A stretch of DNA of 64,000 nucleotides from Oscillospiraceae bacterium (GTDB taxonomy: Bacteria; Bacillota; Clostridia; Oscillospirales; CAG-272), in the NCBI GenBank assembly GCA_015065065.1, contig SVQX01000001.1, forward strand, positions 30,698 through 94,697, read 5' to 3'. A program made the translations under genes and the position numbers. How positions within the stretch are numbered: the first letter of the stretch is position 1; each line of letters opens with the position of its first letter. Of the stretch, positions 63,101 to 64,000 are shown one piece after another. Under the pieces are notes generated by a model. That model saw only the letters and a program-made list of their open reading frames with translations, had not been told where the DNA came from and searched no databases.

Positions 63101-63934
63101 ATGAGGCTTGACAATATTTTATTCGTTTCCGATCTTGACGGCAGCTTTCTTGGAAAATACAGCCGTATTGTACCTCGAAATATTGAGGCTATTGAGAAAT
63201 TCAAGGCGGACGGCGGACTTTTCACCGCATGTACGGGACGCATACACTCGCGTCTGGAGGAAACGATCCCCTATCCCGAAAAGCTTTTTAACGCTCCCGC
63301 AATTATGTCCAACGGAGCGTGCATATACGATTTTGAAAGCAGCAAAAGTCTTCGGAATATTCTGCTTCCGCCAAAGGCGACGGTGGAAATGATGCGTTTT
63401 GCTCATACTGTTGCTCCCACGGTGGCGGCGAGAATAACCACTCCCGACGGTCTGCTTGCGAACCCCGAATGGTCCAACTCCTACGTGGAGCGCGACGTAC
63501 AGCTTTACAGCACCGAAAGGGTTGGCTTTAAGCCGCTTTGCGAGTGGAATTTTGATAATTCAATATGGTATAAGGCGGTCTTTCGCGGGGAAGCAGAGGA
63601 TATAGTGCAAATGCGTCCCGCTCTCGAGGAAAAATTCAGCGACGTATTCCATTTTACCGCTTCATCCCCACAATATTTTGAGGTGGTGCCTCGCGGCTGC
63701 TCCAAGGCAGACGGACTTGCCTTCCTCAAAAAATACTGTGAGGAAAAATACCAAAAGCCCTTTGTCACCGTCGCTCTCGGCGACTACGATAACGACCGCG
63801 AGGTGCTGGAGGCGGCGGATATATCCTTCTGCCCCGAAAACGCTAACGAGTCCATAAAAGCTATCTGCGACTACACCGTGTGTCAGAACGACGACGGCGC
63901 GGTGGCGGAAGCGATTGAGATAATTGATAATTGA
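63101..63934 (+). CDS. Cof-type HAD-IIB phosphatase
   Basis: 277 aa with motif I (FVSDLDGSF) and a C-terminal GDYDND motif. Confidence 0.85.
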   Translation: MRLDNILFVSDLDGSFLGKYSRIVPRNIEAIEKFKADGGLFTACTGRIHSRLEETIPYPEKLFNAPAIMSNGACIYDFESSKSLRNILLPPKATVEMMRFAHTVAPTVAARITTPDGLLANPEWSNSYVERDVQLYSTERVGFKPLCEWNFDNSIWYKAVFRGEAEDIVQMRPALEEKFSDVFHFTASSPQYFEVVPRGCSKADGLAFLKKYCEEKYQKPFVTVALGDYDNDREVLEAADISFCPENANESIKAICDYTVCQNDDGAVAEAIEIIDN

Positions 63935-63996
63935 AAATGGAAAATTGAAAATTAAATATCGCAGTGGGTAAGGGACCCACGGGGCTTATAGAGATG
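63929..63996 (+). repeat. 3'-proximal repeat module, copy 2
   Basis: aattgaaaatggaaaattgaaaatt overlaps the HAD stop codon. It is directly followed by taaatatcgcagtgggtaagggacccacggggcttatagagatg, which is 40/44 identical to the reverse complement of 39709..39752. Confidence 0.75.
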
Positions 63997-64000
63997 TTTA

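Overview
This 64-kb chromosomal window looks like a moderately GC-rich (roughly 50-55% by hand counts) Clostridia-type Firmicute. Evidence for that placement is a SCIFF ranthipeptide locus, recA-recX, dapA, ddh and aspartokinase genes, and the division-cluster tail yggS-sepF-yggT-ylmH-ileS-lspA-rluD. I support about 60 protein genes and one tRNA-Arg(CCG). I saw no rRNA, CRISPR array, transposase, integrase, phage gene or recognisable defence gene. Two real genes are missing from the ORF track because they are under 60 aa: the SCIFF precursor (10945..11097) and a rubredoxin (25404..25565). Many tracked ORFs needed 5' trimming to an RBS-supported start. Several long ORFs are antisense shadows of real genes. 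The most unusual signals are non-coding or accessory. (1) A 379-bp element between two convergent genes is bounded by a 27-bp perfect inverted repeat that contains both stop codons, and it holds a phased GTGAAAT/hairpin array. (2) Two 180-bp, about 95%-identical structured MITE-like elements lie in inverted orientation and bracket 15.6 kb. (3) Three tandem BspA-type LRR lipoproteins; two share a conserved Cys-rich stalk with diverged LRR heads. (4) A low-GC ECF sigma/anti-sigma cassette sits beside the tRNA. (5) A dusB / pseudo-receiver regulator / luxS / mtnN operon. (6) There are nests of short palindromic repeat families in two long spacers. All family assignments come from reading the translations by eye; no database search was run.
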